Source: Longimicrobiales bacterium
Lineage (GTDB): Bacteria; Gemmatimonadota; Gemmatimonadetes; Longimicrobiales; Gaopeijiaceae
Direction of reading: 5' to 3'
Assembly (NCBI GenBank): GCA_965204735.1
Contig: OZ242008.1
Location: 1,888,001 to 1,952,000, forward strand
Length of the DNA stretch: 64,000 bases
Shown here: one piece after another, positions 19,698 to 30,862 of the stretch
Position numbering within the stretch: the stretch's first letter is position 1
Layout: the number at the start of each line of letters is the position of its first letter
The notes under the pieces: model-generated
What the model was told of the DNA's origin: nothing
What the model saw: the letters and a program-made list of their open reading frames with translations, nothing else
Databases searched by the model: none
Made by a program: the position numbers and the translations under genes

Positions 19698-20900
19698 GTG
19701 ACCGCCGCCACGTCGCGGACCTGGCCCGCGGCCCTGGGGCTCCTCTTCATCGTGCTGATGGCTTGGTACATCGTCTACACCGCCGAGATCGTGCGGTCGC
19801 GGCAGGCCGACGCCGAGACCTTCACCCGCATCTACGCGGAGGTGCAGCAGGGGCTGACGAGTCCCGAGCCGGGAGCGGAGCTGGCCGCGCTGGCGCGCCT
19901 GCAGCAGCTCCTGGTCGAGCTTGGCGTGCCCTTCGTCGTCACCACCGAGCCGGGGGGACTCTACTACACCTCGGCAAACCTTCCTTTCCCCGTCTCTTCG
20001 CCGCCGACGCCCGACGAAGAGGAACGGATACTCCAGTACGCAAGGGAGGTGCTCGACGCCCGCAACTCGCCGGTCGGCGACGCGGGCAGCCAGCTGGTGC
20101 ACTACGGGATCACCTCCGAAGCCGCCCGCCTCCAGTGGATGCCCTTCCTGTGGGCGGCGGGTCTCCTCATCACCGTGCTCCTGGCCGTCACCGTCTTTCG
20201 CTACCAGCGGAGGGCGACGACGGAGCAGGCGTGGACGGCGATGGCGAGGGAGCTGGCCCACCAGCTGGGCACCCCCATCAGCTCCTTGCAGGGATGGGCC
20301 GAGCTGCTGGGGCTCCCGGCCCAGGACCGCCCCGGCCGGATGACCAGGAAGGAGATCGCCGCCGCCATCGAGGAGGACATGCTGCGGCTCGAACGGGTGA
20401 GCCGCCGCTTCGAGCTCATAGGCAGGGACTTGGAGCTGGGTCGCGTCTCCCTTCGGGACGTGATCGGGGAGCTCCGGGGGTACATGGAGGCCCGTCTGCC
20501 CCGGCTCGGCCCGGGCGTCGCGCTCCACGTGGACGTGCCCGAGGACCTGCCGGACGTCCAGGGCCACCAAGTCCTGCTGGCCTGGGCGCTGGAGAATGTG
20601 GTCAAGAACGCCCTGGACGCGGTGGCGGGGACGGGCGGCTCGATCACCATCTCGGCGCGCCCGGCCGAGGGGCGCTGGGTGGTGCTCTGGATACGGGACA
20701 CGGGGCCGGGCGTTTCCGCCGAGATCCGGGACCGGATATTCGATCCGGGGGTGACCACCAAGTCGAGCGGATGGGGCGTGGGCCTGACGCTCGCTCGACG
20801 GATCGTGGAGAGCGTCCACGGAGGGCGGATCGAACTGCTGGACGGGTGGGAGCGGGGCGTTACGTTCCAGGTCCGGCTCCCCCGGGCATCCGGCTCCTGA
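19698..20900 (+). CDS. Membrane sensor histidine kinase
   Basis: Two TM segments; H-box ELAHQLGTP; ENVVKNALDA; DTGPG; GWGVGL. Confidence 0.92.
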   Translation: MTAATSRTWPAALGLLFIVLMAWYIVYTAEIVRSRQADAETFTRIYAEVQQGLTSPEPGAELAALARLQQLLVELGVPFVVTTEPGGLYYTSANLPFPVSSPPTPDEEERILQYAREVLDARNSPVGDAGSQLVHYGITSEAARLQWMPFLWAAGLLITVLLAVTVFRYQRRATTEQAWTAMARELAHQLGTPISSLQGWAELLGLPAQDRPGRMTRKEIAAAIEEDMLRLERVSRRFELIGRDLELGRVSLRDVIGELRGYMEARLPRLGPGVALHVDVPEDLPDVQGHQVLLAWALENVVKNALDAVAGTGGSITISARPAEGRWVVLWIRDTGPGVSAEIRDRIFDPGVTTKSSGWGVGLTLARRIVESVHGGRIELLDGWERGVTFQVRLPRASGS

Positions 20901-20957
20901 CCGGCTCGGGCCGCCCTCCGAAGCGTCGTCGCCGAGCCCCGCCGCCTCTCCCGGTCC

Positions 20958-23240
20958 ATGTCGAAACACCGCATCGACGCCGGCGTCGCCCTCAACCCGG
21001 AGCAGCGGGAGGCCGTCGAGCACCTTGAAGGTCCCGCCCTCGTCCTGGCGGGGGCGGGCTCGGGCAAGACGCGGGTCCTCACAACGCGCATCTGCCGCTT
21101 GGTGGCGGAGCACGGGGTGCCTCCGTGGAGGATCATGGCGGTCACCTTCACCAACAAGGCGGCCGGCGAGATGCGCGAACGCGTGACGGCCATGCTGGAC
21201 GCCGACCCCCGGGGGATCTGGCTGGGCACCTTCCACGCCCTCGGCGCCCGGATGCTCCGACGCCACGCCGTTCTCGCGGGCCTCCGCCCCACCTTCTCGA
21301 TCCTCGACGCGGAGCAGTCCCTGCGACAGGTCAAGCGCGCGGCAGCCGACGCGGGCCTGGACCCGAAGCGCTGGTCGCCCAAGGGGTTCCGGACGCACAT
21401 CTCTACCGCCAAGAACCAGCTGGTGGGCCCTGCCGCCTTCGAGCGCGACCACGGACTCGACCACGACCTCGTGCTCCGCAACACGGCGCGGGTGTACCCC
21501 GTCTACCAAGCCGCGCTTCGAGAGCAGAACGCGGTGGACTTCGACGACCTTCTGGCGCTGCCGGTCCGTCTTCTGGAGAACAACGCCGAGCTGCTGGCGG
21601 GGTACCGGGAGCAGTTCGCCTTCCTGCTGGTGGACGAGTACCAGGACACCAACCACGCCCAGTTCCGGCTGCTGGAGCTTCTGGCCGGGCAAGGAGGCAA
21701 CTTGATGGTGGTGGGCGACGACGACCAAAGCATCTACGGCTGGAGGGGCGCCGACATCCGGAACATCCTCGACTTCGAGAAGGGCTTCCCGGGCGCCAAG
21801 ACCGTCAGGCTGGAGCGCAACTACCGCTCCACCGCGGTGATCCTGTCGGCCGCCAACGCCGTCATCCGGCAGAACCGCGACCGCAAGCCCAAGACCCTTC
21901 GCACCGACCGCGCCCAGGGTCCGCCCGTGACCTGCCTGGAAGCTGCGGACGAGGTGGACGAAGCGGCGTGGATCCCCGCCGAGATCGAGCGCGCGATGCT
22001 TGCGGACCCGCAGCTGGACCACAAGGACTTCGCGGTTCTCTACCGCACCAACGCCCAGGCCCGGGCCATGGAGGACGGGTTCCGCCGACGGGGCGTGCCC
22101 TACCAGGTCGTCGGCGGCGTGCGCTTCTACGAGCGCCGGGAGGTGCAGGACGTCCTGGCGTACCTTCGCCTGATCTCCAACCCCCGGGACCGGGACGCCT
22201 TTGCGCGCGTGGCCAACTACCCCAGGCGGGGCGTTGGACGCGTGAGCCTCGAGCGGCTGGGGGCCTTCGCCGCAGGGTCGTCCATCACGCTTCTGGAGGC
22301 CGCGGCGGAGGCGGCCCGGGCACCGGGAGTTCCCCCTGCGGGCAGGCGCGGACTGGTCGAGTTCGCCGGCTTGGTCCGCAGGTACTCGGCTCGGGCCGCC
22401 GCCACGTCGGTGGGGCAGCTGCTGGAGGAGCTGGTCGACGAGCTGGGCCTGCTCGCCGTGCTCCGCGACGAGGGGCCGGACGGCGAAGACCGGGCCGACA
22501 ACGTGCGGGAGCTGGTGGCGGGCGCCGGCGACTTCCAGGCCGAGCTGGAGGACGACGAGGACCGGGACGCCTTCACCGACCTGGACCTCTTCCTGCAGCA
22601 GGTGGCGCTGGTGGCCGACGTGGACCGCCACGACCCCGACGCCGACGCCGTCGCTCTCATGACGCTCCACAGCGCCAAGGGACTGGAGTTCCCCGTCGTC
22701 TTCATCAGCGGCATGGAGGAAGGCCTCTTCCCCCTGGCCCGTTCCTACGACGAACGCCGGCTGCTGGAGGAGGAGCGACGGCTGTTCTACGTGGGAGCGA
22801 CCCGCGCCCGGGAGAAGCTCTACCTGACCCACGCCCGGCGCCGGCGCAGGGCCGGCGAGGTCGCCTTCAGCCCCCTCTCCAGCTTCGCAAGCGTCTTGAC
22901 CGGCGACCTGGAGACCAAGACCACGCCCCAAGCGCCTTCGCGAGGGCGGGCCGGGCGGCAAGGCTTCGGCGGCGCCGTCGCGGATTGGCGAGGGCGGACG
23001 GCAGGACGGACGGAGCGGGGGGGTTGGGCGGGACGGACGGCCCACGGGGACGAGGAGTTCGACCAGGACCGTCCCAGCTACCGGAAGGGCGAAGGGGTCG
23101 TGCACGAGACCTTCGGCTCCGGCACCATCGTCGAGCTGGCGGGCTTCGGCCGCGACCTCAAGGTGGTGGTGGACTTCGGCGATGCGGGACGGAAGAAGCT
23201 GCTGGTGCGCTACGCCGGACTGCAGAAGGACTACTTCTGA
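20958..23240 (+). CDS. uvrD: UvrD/PcrA DNA helicase
   Basis: AGAGSGKT; TFTNKAA; VDEYQDTN; LERNYRS; MTLHSAKGLEF; EEERRLFYVG. Confidence 0.96.
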   Translation: MSKHRIDAGVALNPEQREAVEHLEGPALVLAGAGSGKTRVLTTRICRLVAEHGVPPWRIMAVTFTNKAAGEMRERVTAMLDADPRGIWLGTFHALGARMLRRHAVLAGLRPTFSILDAEQSLRQVKRAAADAGLDPKRWSPKGFRTHISTAKNQLVGPAAFERDHGLDHDLVLRNTARVYPVYQAALREQNAVDFDDLLALPVRLLENNAELLAGYREQFAFLLVDEYQDTNHAQFRLLELLAGQGGNLMVVGDDDQSIYGWRGADIRNILDFEKGFPGAKTVRLERNYRSTAVILSAANAVIRQNRDRKPKTLRTDRAQGPPVTCLEAADEVDEAAWIPAEIERAMLADPQLDHKDFAVLYRTNAQARAMEDGFRRRGVPYQVVGGVRFYERREVQDVLAYLRLISNPRDRDAFARVANYPRRGVGRVSLERLGAFAAGSSITLLEAAAEAARAPGVPPAGRRGLVEFAGLVRRYSARAAATSVGQLLEELVDELGLLAVLRDEGPDGEDRADNVRELVAGAGDFQAELEDDEDRDAFTDLDLFLQQVALVADVDRHDPDADAVALMTLHSAKGLEFPVVFISGMEEGLFPLARSYDERRLLEEERRLFYVGATRAREKLYLTHARRRRRAGEVAFSPLSSFASVLTGDLETKTTPQAPSRGRAGRQGFGGAVADWRGRTAGRTERGGWAGRTAHGDEEFDQDRPSYRKGEGVVHETFGSGTIVELAGFGRDLKVVVDFGDAGRKKLLVRYAGLQKDYF

Positions 23241-23917
23241 CCCGTCCCGCCGTCTGCTTCCGCGCCGCGTTCCGCGCCGTCGATCCGGCCGCCGCCCGGC
23301 GGGGCGTCGCCGTCCATGCCGTGGGTCCGCGGGCCGCCGGCGCGCGGCGCGGAGTCGCCTTCCAGGCCGGCGGTTCCCGGGTTGCCGTCGCCCGCCGCGT
23401 CGTCGGCCTCGCCAGATTCGGGCGCGTCGGCGGCCTGGGCGGCTTCGGGCGCCGCGCTCCCCTTGCTCGCCCGCTGCAGCAAGCCGGCCCCGCGCCGGAA
23501 GATCCGCAGCTTCGCCGCCGCGTCGAGCACCGCCTCCTCCGCCTCGGACTGGATCAAGTCCAGGAGCGCCGAGAGCTCGGCCAGCCGCTTCCGCAGGTGG
23601 AGCGCGGCGTCGTCCAGCCCGCCGGCGATCCCTCCCAGCGCGCTGGTGGCCCGCACCACTTCGGATCGGACGGCCTCGGCGGCCCGGTCCAGGTTCCGCG
23701 CCGCGCTCGCCGCGTGCCGCAGGAGGGGCTGGGCGTCCTCGGTGGTCTCGGCCACGAACTTGCTCCAGCCCTTGGAGAGCTTTCGGAGCTCGCCCAGCAC
23801 GAGGACCAGCACGACCAGGACGGCCACGAAGAGCGCGGCCAAGCCGACCAGGACCCAGCCGGCCGCCGATTCCAGGGCGCCCCGCGCGAGTGCGACGACG
23901 ACGGTGTCTTGAGGCAT
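23231..23917 (-). CDS. Membrane-anchored helical protein (DUF948-like)
   Basis: One N-terminal TM segment then heptad-like helix; divergent from murA. Confidence 0.65.
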   Translation of the reverse strand: MPQDTVVVALARGALESAAGWVLVGLAALFVAVLVVLVLVLGELRKLSKGWSKFVAETTEDAQPLLRHAASAARNLDRAAEAVRSEVVRATSALGGIAGGLDDAALHLRKRLAELSALLDLIQSEAEEAVLDAAAKLRIFRRGAGLLQRASKGSAAPEAAQAADAPESGEADDAAGDGNPGTAGLEGDSAPRAGGPRTHGMDGDAPPGGGRIDGAERGAEADGGTGQK

Positions 23918-23963
23918 CCTCCGAAGCTACAAGCGCCGCGGGGAATTCGGTATCTTGCCCGTC

Positions 23964-25241
23964 ATGCCTACGTTCGTGGTCGCCGGCGGCCGCCGGCTGA
24001 GCGGATCCGTCCGACCAGCGGGGAACAAGAACGCCGCCTTGCCCGTCCTGGCGGCCACCCTCATGTCGGGAGAACGGGTCGTCGTTCGCAACGTGCCCCG
24101 AATCCGCGACGTGCTCACTCTGTTGGAGATCATGGAGTCGCTGGGGGCCCGCGTCGCCTGGACCGGCCCCAACGCCGTCGAGGTGAACGCCGCCGACGTG
24201 GCGGCCGAGCGGCCCGACCGGGCCCTGGCCGAGCGGATTCGCGCCTCCGTTCTCCTGGCCGGTCCCCTCCTGGCCCGCTTCGGCAAGGTCTCCCTCCCGC
24301 CTCCCGGGGGGGACGTGATCGGCCGCCGCCGACTGGACACCCACCTCTTGGCCTTTCAGGCCCTGGGCGGATCGGTGGACGCCTCCGGCGACCTGACGGT
24401 GGAAGCTCCGGTGCTGAGGGGCGCCGACGTCTTCCTGGACGAGCCGTCGGTCACCGCCACCGAGAACGCGGTCATGGCGGCGACGCTCGCCGAGGGCGAG
24501 ACCACGATCCGCAACGCCGCGGCGGAGCCCCACGTGCAGGACCTCTGCCGGCTCCTCAACGCCATGGGGGCGCGGGTCGGCGGCATCGGCAGCTCCACCT
24601 TGGTCGTGCACGGCGTGTCCGAGCTGGGCGCCGCCGACTTCGAGATCGGCTCCGACCACATCGAGACCGGGTCGTTCATCGGTCTGGCCGCCGTCACCAA
24701 GAGCCTGCTGGTGATCGAAGAGGCTCCGGTCGAGCACCTGGACTCGACCTTGCTGGGCTTCCGCCGGCTGGGCATCGAGTGCCGAGTCGACGGGCGAAAG
24801 CTGGTGGTCGACGGCCGCGCCACGCCCGAAGTCCGCATGGACGCCTTCGGACACGTGCCCAAGGTGGACGACGGGCCGTGGCCCGCGTTCCCCGCCGACC
24901 TCACCTCGATCGCTGTGGTGGCCGCCACCCAGGCCAGAGGATCGGTCCTGATCCACGAGAAGATGTTCGAGTCGCGGATGTTCTTCACCGACAAGCTGGT
25001 GAGCATGGGCGCCCGCATCATCCTCTGCGACCCGCACCGGGTGATCGTGATCGGACCCGCGGCGCTGCGCGGCGGCGTCGTGGAGAGCCCCGACATCCGG
25101 GCCGGCATGGCGATGCTCATCGCCGCCCTCGGCGCCCGCGGCACGAGCCGCATCCGCAACGCCGGCCAGATCGAGAGGGGCTACGAGCGGATCGACGAGC
25201 GGCTGGGAGCCCTTGGGGCCGAGATCGAGAGGATCGAGTAG
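23964..25241 (+). CDS. murA: UDP-N-acetylglucosamine 1-carboxyvinyltransferase (Asp in place of the active-site Cys)
   Basis: GNKNAALP; RASVLLAGPL; PGGDVIGRR; SVTATEN; DIRAG. Confidence 0.96.
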   Translation: MPTFVVAGGRRLSGSVRPAGNKNAALPVLAATLMSGERVVVRNVPRIRDVLTLLEIMESLGARVAWTGPNAVEVNAADVAAERPDRALAERIRASVLLAGPLLARFGKVSLPPPGGDVIGRRRLDTHLLAFQALGGSVDASGDLTVEAPVLRGADVFLDEPSVTATENAVMAATLAEGETTIRNAAAEPHVQDLCRLLNAMGARVGGIGSSTLVVHGVSELGAADFEIGSDHIETGSFIGLAAVTKSLLVIEEAPVEHLDSTLLGFRRLGIECRVDGRKLVVDGRATPEVRMDAFGHVPKVDDGPWPAFPADLTSIAVVAATQARGSVLIHEKMFESRMFFTDKLVSMGARIILCDPHRVIVIGPAALRGGVVESPDIRAGMAMLIAALGARGTSRIRNAGQIERGYERIDERLGALGAEIERIE

Positions 25242-25312
25242 CCGGGGCTCGACTGCAAGCCCTTTTTCGGCTATCCTACTTGTGCTGGCGGGGCCGCTCG
25301 CGCGGTCCCTTG

Positions 25313-25345
25313 GAAGTGGGGGAGAGGGCGGCCCCTGCTTTTTTT
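25313..25345 (+). promoter_or_regulatory. rimP-leader-like hairpin with U-tract (possible attenuator)
   Basis: AAGTGGGGG...CCCCTGCTTTTTTT just upstream of rimP, resembling the conserved rimP leader. Confidence 0.5.
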
Positions 25346-25371
25346 GTCCCGTCTACCCGGGGGAGCAGCAC

Positions 25372-25884
25372 ATGGCGACAAGCCGCGACACGAAGCCGGA
25401 CCGGTTGGAGGTGCAGGCCCGAATGGAGGAACGGCTCTCCGGCCTGGGCTACGACTTGGTGCAGCTGGAGTGGGCGGGATCGTCGCGACGTCCCGTGCTG
25501 CGGCTGCGCATCGAGCGCTCCGCCCTCGACCGGCCCGTCTCCGTGGGAGACTGCACCAAGGTGAGCCGAATCCTTGAGCCCTGGCTGGAAGCCGAGGCCA
25601 AGATGCCGGGAAGGTACGTGCTGGAGGTCTCGTCGCCGGGCCTGAACCGACCCCTCGCAAAGGACCGGGACTTCGACCGGTTTCGAGGACGGCGCGTTGC
25701 GGTGAGGGGCCGAGAAGCGCTCTGCGGTCGGGCGCTCCGGCTGGAAGGAGAGCTGCTGGGCCTCGCGGGAGACGAGAACGGCGCCGCCGCGATCCGTCTG
25801 CGCCTGGGCGAGGGCGACGAAGTCGAAGTTCCCAGGTCGAAGGTGGAGGCCGCCCACTTGGTTCACCAATGGAGGACGCCATGA
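25372..25884 (+). CDS. rimP: Ribosome maturation factor RimP
   Basis: VSVGDCTKVSR; YVLEVSSPGLNRPL. Confidence 0.95.
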   Translation: MATSRDTKPDRLEVQARMEERLSGLGYDLVQLEWAGSSRRPVLRLRIERSALDRPVSVGDCTKVSRILEPWLEAEAKMPGRYVLEVSSPGLNRPLAKDRDFDRFRGRRVAVRGREALCGRALRLEGELLGLAGDENGAAAIRLRLGEGDEVEVPRSKVEAAHLVHQWRTP

Positions 25885-27245
25885 TCGACTCGGGCCAGGT
25901 CCTTGCCGCTTTCCGCGAGATCGCCGCTTCCAAGAGCCTCGAGCCGGAGGAAGTCAACGAGCTGATCCGAGACGCGATCCACGCGGGCCTTGCGCGGATA
26001 TACGGTCCCAACGTCGATGCGGAGATCACGATCGACGACGTGGCGGGAGAGATCGAGATGGTCGTCCTCAAGCGCGTGGTCGAGGCGGTCGAGGACCCGG
26101 CGACGGAGACCTCCCTGGACGAAGCGCGCTGGGACGACGAGACGTACGAGGTCGGCGACGTGATGGAGATCCCCGTCGAGTTCTCGCAGTTCGGGCGCAA
26201 CGCCGTGACGGCGGCAAAGCAGCGGATCGTGCAGCTGGTCCGCGAAGGCGAGCGGCAGCGCATCCGCGACGAGTACTCGGGGCGAGTCGGCGAGCTTCTC
26301 TCGGGCCAAGTCCAGCAGATCGAACGGGGGAAGCTGGTCCTCATCCTGAACCGCTCGCGGGATGCCGAGGCGGTCATTCCGTGGAAGGAGCAGAATCCCC
26401 GCGAGCGCTTTCGCCAAGGCGAGTCGATCCGCGCCGTGCTCAAGAAGGTCGAGGAGACGACCCGCGGCCCGCGTCTGATCCTGTCGCGCGCCGATCCCCT
26501 CTTCGTGGCTTCGCTCTTCAAGCTCGAGGTGCCGGAGATCTACCAGGGAATCGTCGAGATCAAGGAGCTGACCAGGGAGGTGGGAGGAAGGACCAAGATC
26601 GCCGTCCACAGCCGGGACGAGTCGATCGACCCGGTGGGCGCCTGCGTGGGGCTGAAGGGCTCCCGCGTGCAGGCCGTGGTCTCGGAGCTCGGGGGCGAGA
26701 GGATCGACATCGTGCCGTGGCACCCCGAGCCCGAGATCTTCGCCCGTCGCGCGCTGGCGCCGGCGCGGGTGGCGAAGGTGGTCTCCGACGCGGAGCGTCA
26801 GGTGATCACCGCCATCGTGGACGAAGACCAGCTCTCGCTCGCAATCGGCAGGAACGGCCAGAACGTGCGCCTCGCTTCCCAGCTGATCGGCTGGCAGATC
26901 GACCTCTACGGCTCCCGGGAGTGGGTGGACAGAGGGTCGGACATGTCGATCTTCGCCGACGCCGGCGAGGAGTCCTACGAGACCTCCGACTTTCCGCTGA
27001 CCGAGCTGGCCCTGGACGACGGCACGCTGACGGCCCTCAAGGGAGCGGGCCACGACAGCTTCCGGGACATCATCGACTTGGGCCGGACCGACTTCCTGGC
27101 CATCGACGGCATCACCGAGGAAGCGGCCTTGGACCTGGTCGCCCTGGTCGACGAACTGACTGCCGTCGCCTCGAGTCCGGCCACGGCCGAAGGCGATCCG
27201 GCAGGCGCGGCGGCCGGCAGCGGCGAAGATGCGGACGGATCGTAG
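25881..27245 (+). CDS. nusA: Transcription termination factor NusA
   Basis: [41 protein letters not shown]. Confidence 0.97.
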   Translation: MIDSGQVLAAFREIAASKSLEPEEVNELIRDAIHAGLARIYGPNVDAEITIDDVAGEIEMVVLKRVVEAVEDPATETSLDEARWDDETYEVGDVMEIPVEFSQFGRNAVTAAKQRIVQLVREGERQRIRDEYSGRVGELLSGQVQQIERGKLVLILNRSRDAEAVIPWKEQNPRERFRQGESIRAVLKKVEETTRGPRLILSRADPLFVASLFKLEVPEIYQGIVEIKELTREVGGRTKIAVHSRDESIDPVGACVGLKGSRVQAVVSELGGERIDIVPWHPEPEIFARRALAPARVAKVVSDAERQVITAIVDEDQLSLAIGRNGQNVRLASQLIGWQIDLYGSREWVDRGSDMSIFADAGEESYETSDFPLTELALDDGTLTALKGAGHDSFRDIIDLGRTDFLAIDGITEEAALDLVALVDELTAVASSPATAEGDPAGAAAGSGEDADGS

Positions 27246-27275
27246 GGCCGCGGGCACGCGAAGGAGGACGGCGCC

Positions 27276-30131
27276 GTGCGGGTGAAGGAGCTCGCGGTCG
27301 ACCTCAAGGTCGCGCCCGACATGCTGCTCCGGTTCCTGAGGGACTCCGGCGTTCGGGTCGGCAACCCCGACGCCCCCCTGGCCGACGCCGACGTGGCCCG
27401 GATCCGAACTCGCCTCGAGCGGGAGCGCAGGGCCGGGCGCGGGAGCGCGGCGGAGGTCATGAAGGCGGCGGTGCGGGCCAGCAAGCCGACGAGCCGTCGC
27501 CGTCGCCCGCCGCGCAGGTCCAAGGCGGGAGCGTCGGCGGCGCAGCGCAGCGCCCGCCGAGCCCCCGACGCCCAGCCGTCCGAGGCTCCTCCGGAGGCGG
27601 CCCCGACCGCGAGTGCGGCACCCGAAGCTGCCGCGCCCGAAGACGAGGCCGCGGCGCGCGCGGAAGCGGTCGCCCCGTCTGAAGCGGCTGCGCCCGTCGA
27701 CGGGGCGCCGAAGACCGAAGCCGCTCCCGCCGACGGCTCCGTCGCGTCCACCTCTTCCGAGGAAGCCGCGGCTCCGACCGAACCGCCTACGCCCGGTCCG
27801 CCGTCGGCCCGGCCGGGACGGGCCCAGCGGAAGGTCGAGACGGCGACCGAGGAGGAGTCCGCCAAGGAAGCCACCGATTCCGGGGCGGCAGCGGTTTCGG
27901 TCACGCCTTCGCCGCCCTCCGAGGGGCCGCGTCCGCCCTCGGAAAGTCCCTCCGCGCCGGAGGCCGGCGCCGCAGCTCCTCCTCCGCCTCCGCCGCAAGC
28001 CGCCGCGCCCGGCGCCGCTCTCCCGGCCGCCAGACCGGCGCCGGCGCGCGAAGGGGCCCCCAGGAAGCCTGCCCGCGTGGCCGACGGACCCAAGCCGGCC
28101 GCCAGCGCGGGACCGGGCGGCAAGGTGCGCATCCAGGCCGAGGGCTACACGTCCGACGGCCGCAAGAAGCAGAAGCGGAAGAAGGGCAGGCGCCGGCCGG
28201 CCGCGGACCGACTTGCCGCCAAGGAGAACGTCCAGCGGGTGCTGGCCGAGATCAAGGGCGGCCGCAAGAGAACGCGGAAGGGAAAGGCGGCGCTGGCGAC
28301 GGAAAAGGAGATGCGGGCCGCCGCCGAGGAGAGGGCCGCCGAAGCCCTCGCCGCCGAGGCCAAGCAAGTTCGGGTCAACGAGTACCTCACCGTCGCCGAG
28401 CTGGCCGAGCTGATCAAGACGCCGCCCACCGAGATCATCGGGTCGGCCTTCAGGAACATGGGCCTCATGGTGACGATCAACCAGCGTCTCGACTTCGACC
28501 AGATCGAGCTGCTGCTCGAAGGCTTCGGCTTCGTCGCCGTCCGAGAGACCGACTACGCCCCGGGGCCGGAGGCGCAGGACGAGGACGACCCGGCGGACCT
28601 CCGTCCCCGACCGCCGGTGGTCACGGTCATGGGGCACGTGGACCACGGCAAGACGCGACTGCTGGACCGGATTCGAGACACCAACGTCGTGGCGGGCGAG
28701 GCCGGTGGAATCACCCAGCACATCGGCGCCTACCACGTCGAGATGGAAGGGGACCGCACCATTTCCTTCTTGGACACGCCCGGCCACGCCGCCTTCACCG
28801 CCATGCGGGCCCGCGGCGCCGAGCTTACGGACTTGGTGGTGCTGGTCGTGGCGGCGGACGACGCGGTCATGCCCCAGACCGTGGAGGCGATCAGCCACGC
28901 GAAGAACGCCGGCGTGCCGATGGTGGTGGCGGTCAACAAGATCGACCTCCCCGCCGCCGACTCCGCCCGGGTGAAGCAGACCCTTCTGCAGCACGGCGTG
29001 ACCGCCGAGGAGTTCGGCGGCGACACCATGGTGGCCGAGGTGTCGGCCAAGACCGGCCAGGGAATGGACGACCTGCTGGAGAAGATCGTCCTCCAGGCCG
29101 AGCTGCTGGAGTTGACCGCCAACCCTGCGCGGGAGGCCGCGGGCACCATCGTCGAGGCCGAGCTGGACGTGGGGAAGGGACCCCTTGCGACGGTCCTGGT
29201 CCAGAAGGGCACGCTTCGGGTGGGCGACAGCTTCGTGGCGGGGCTGCACGACGGTCGCGTCCGAGCCCTCCTCGACGAGCGCGGCAACGCGGTGGACGAA
29301 GCGGGTCCGGGAATCCCGGTCCAGATACTTGGCTCGTCGGGCGTGCCGCGAGCCGGCGACGCCTTCCAGGTCATGGATTCGGTCGACGCCGCGTCGGTCG
29401 CCGGGGCCAGGCGGCGGCTGGATCGGGAGAAGCAGCTTCGGATCAAGGAGCAGGGCATCAATCTGGGCGACTTCTCGCAGCTGCTCGCCGCCGGCAAGAC
29501 CGGAGTCCTGCGGGTGGTCATCAAGGGCGACGTGGACGGCTCCGTGCAGGCGCTCTCCGACTCGCTGGAGCAGCTCTCCACCGACGAGGTTCGGGTCGAG
29601 ATCGTCCACAGGGGCGTAGGGGCCGTCAACGAGTCCGACGTGATGCTCGCCCTGACCGCGGGCGCCGTGATCATCGGCTTCCGGGTCCGTCCCGACACGG
29701 GCTCCCGCCAGTCGGCGGCCCGGAAGAAGGTGGACATCCGCATCTACGAGATCATCTACGAGGCTGTGGACGACGTGAAGAACGCCCTCGAAGGCCTCCT
29801 GGCGCCGGAGCGGCGGGAGAGCGTGGTGGGCGCGGCCGAGATCCGGGTCGTCTTCAAGATCAAGGGCGTGGGCACGATCGCGGGCAGCTTCGTCACCGAC
29901 GGGGTCATGCGTCGCAGCGGCCAAGCTCGGGTGATTCGCGACGGGGGCGTCGTCTACGAGGGCGAAGTCTCTTCCCTGAAGCGCTTCAAGGACGACGTGC
30001 GGGAGGTGAAGGAAGGCTTCGAGTGCGGCATCGGGATCGCCAACTTCAACGACGTGAAGGTGGGCGACGTGATCGAGACGTACCGCGTCGAGGAGTTCGC
30101 CCGCACCCTTGCCGTCGCGGGACAGAGCTGA
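27276..30131 (+). CDS. infB: Translation initiation factor IF-2
   Basis: [42 protein letters not shown]. Confidence 0.98.
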   Translation: MRVKELAVDLKVAPDMLLRFLRDSGVRVGNPDAPLADADVARIRTRLERERRAGRGSAAEVMKAAVRASKPTSRRRRPPRRSKAGASAAQRSARRAPDAQPSEAPPEAAPTASAAPEAAAPEDEAAARAEAVAPSEAAAPVDGAPKTEAAPADGSVASTSSEEAAAPTEPPTPGPPSARPGRAQRKVETATEEESAKEATDSGAAAVSVTPSPPSEGPRPPSESPSAPEAGAAAPPPPPPQAAAPGAALPAARPAPAREGAPRKPARVADGPKPAASAGPGGKVRIQAEGYTSDGRKKQKRKKGRRRPAADRLAAKENVQRVLAEIKGGRKRTRKGKAALATEKEMRAAAEERAAEALAAEAKQVRVNEYLTVAELAELIKTPPTEIIGSAFRNMGLMVTINQRLDFDQIELLLEGFGFVAVRETDYAPGPEAQDEDDPADLRPRPPVVTVMGHVDHGKTRLLDRIRDTNVVAGEAGGITQHIGAYHVEMEGDRTISFLDTPGHAAFTAMRARGAELTDLVVLVVAADDAVMPQTVEAISHAKNAGVPMVVAVNKIDLPAADSARVKQTLLQHGVTAEEFGGDTMVAEVSAKTGQGMDDLLEKIVLQAELLELTANPAREAAGTIVEAELDVGKGPLATVLVQKGTLRVGDSFVAGLHDGRVRALLDERGNAVDEAGPGIPVQILGSSGVPRAGDAFQVMDSVDAASVAGARRRLDREKQLRIKEQGINLGDFSQLLAAGKTGVLRVVIKGDVDGSVQALSDSLEQLSTDEVRVEIVHRGVGAVNESDVMLALTAGAVIIGFRVRPDTGSRQSAARKKVDIRIYEIIYEAVDDVKNALEGLLAPERRESVVGAAEIRVVFKIKGVGTIAGSFVTDGVMRRSGQARVIRDGGVVYEGEVSSLKRFKDDVREVKEGFECGIGIANFNDVKVGDVIETYRVEEFARTLAVAGQS

Positions 30132-30147
30132 AGGCTCCTTCCCGGCG

Positions 30148-30426
30148 GTGGTCGTCACAGTGTCCACATGGGATCTGCTCCTCCCCGGCGCCGCGTCCCT
30201 CAAGGAGAAGAGGTCCGTCGTCCGTTCGCTCAAGGACCGCCTCGGCAGGATGAACGTGTCCGTGGTGGAGTCGGGCCTTCAGGACCAGCGCAATCGTGCC
30301 GTGCTTTCGGTCGCGTTCCTGGCGGCCCACAACTCGCAGGCCGACTCGGTCCTCGCCTCGGTGGACCGGCTCGTGGCCGACGCCCGAGGGGTCCGGGTCG
30401 CGGGAAGTTCCGTGGAGCGGTTCTGA
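30148..30426 (+). CDS. DUF503 (YlxP-like) protein
   Basis: SLKEKRSVVRSLKDRL..NVSVVE; conserved position between infB and rbfA. Confidence 0.88.
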   Translation: MVVTVSTWDLLLPGAASLKEKRSVVRSLKDRLGRMNVSVVESGLQDQRNRAVLSVAFLAAHNSQADSVLASVDRLVADARGVRVAGSSVERF

Positions 30427-30845
30427 TGTCGCGCCGTCGCGTTCGCCTAGGCGAGCAGCTGCGCCGGGAGCTGTCCACGAAGATCGCGACGATCGTGCGG
30501 GACCCGGGGGTGGGCCCGCTCGCAATCACCGACGTGGAGGTGACCGAGGACCTCTGGCTGGCCCGGGTCTACGTCGCGCCTCAAGGAACGCCGGAGGAGC
30601 AGGAGCGGACGATGACCGCCCTGGCCCGCTCCGCCTCTTTCCTGCGCTCGGTCTTGGCCCGGGAGCTCCGCGTGCGGAGGATGCCCGAGCTGCGCTTCCT
30701 GCGGGACGACTCCGCCGAGTCCGGGAGCCGGATCGAGCAGATCCTCAAGCAGGTGCTGCCGCGGGGGGCAGAGGCCTCGGGGCACGACGCGTCGGCGGAC
30801 GAGGCCCGGACGCTTGCGGAGGAGCCCCTGCCGACGGATCCTTGA
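30426..30845 (+). CDS. rbfA: Ribosome-binding factor A
   Basis: VRDP..ITDVEVTEDLWLARVY; RRMPELRF. Confidence 0.94.
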   Translation: MSRRRVRLGEQLRRELSTKIATIVRDPGVGPLAITDVEVTEDLWLARVYVAPQGTPEEQERTMTALARSASFLRSVLARELRVRRMPELRFLRDDSAESGSRIEQILKQVLPRGAEASGHDASADEARTLAEEPLPTDP

Positions 30846-30862
30846 GCGGTCCGTCGCCCTCG

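Noticed and set aside
17850..25037. 2395-aa minus-strand ORF and other very long ORFs (25863-30233, 21125-25564, 52081-54882, the 5' extension of 32807-36541)
   Set aside because: Antisense or off-frame shadows of well-supported genes, expected in high-GC DNA with few stops; no motifs
27480..28120. Low-complexity Ala/Pro/Glu region in infB as an insertion
   Set aside because: Variable disordered N-terminal linkers are normal for IF-2
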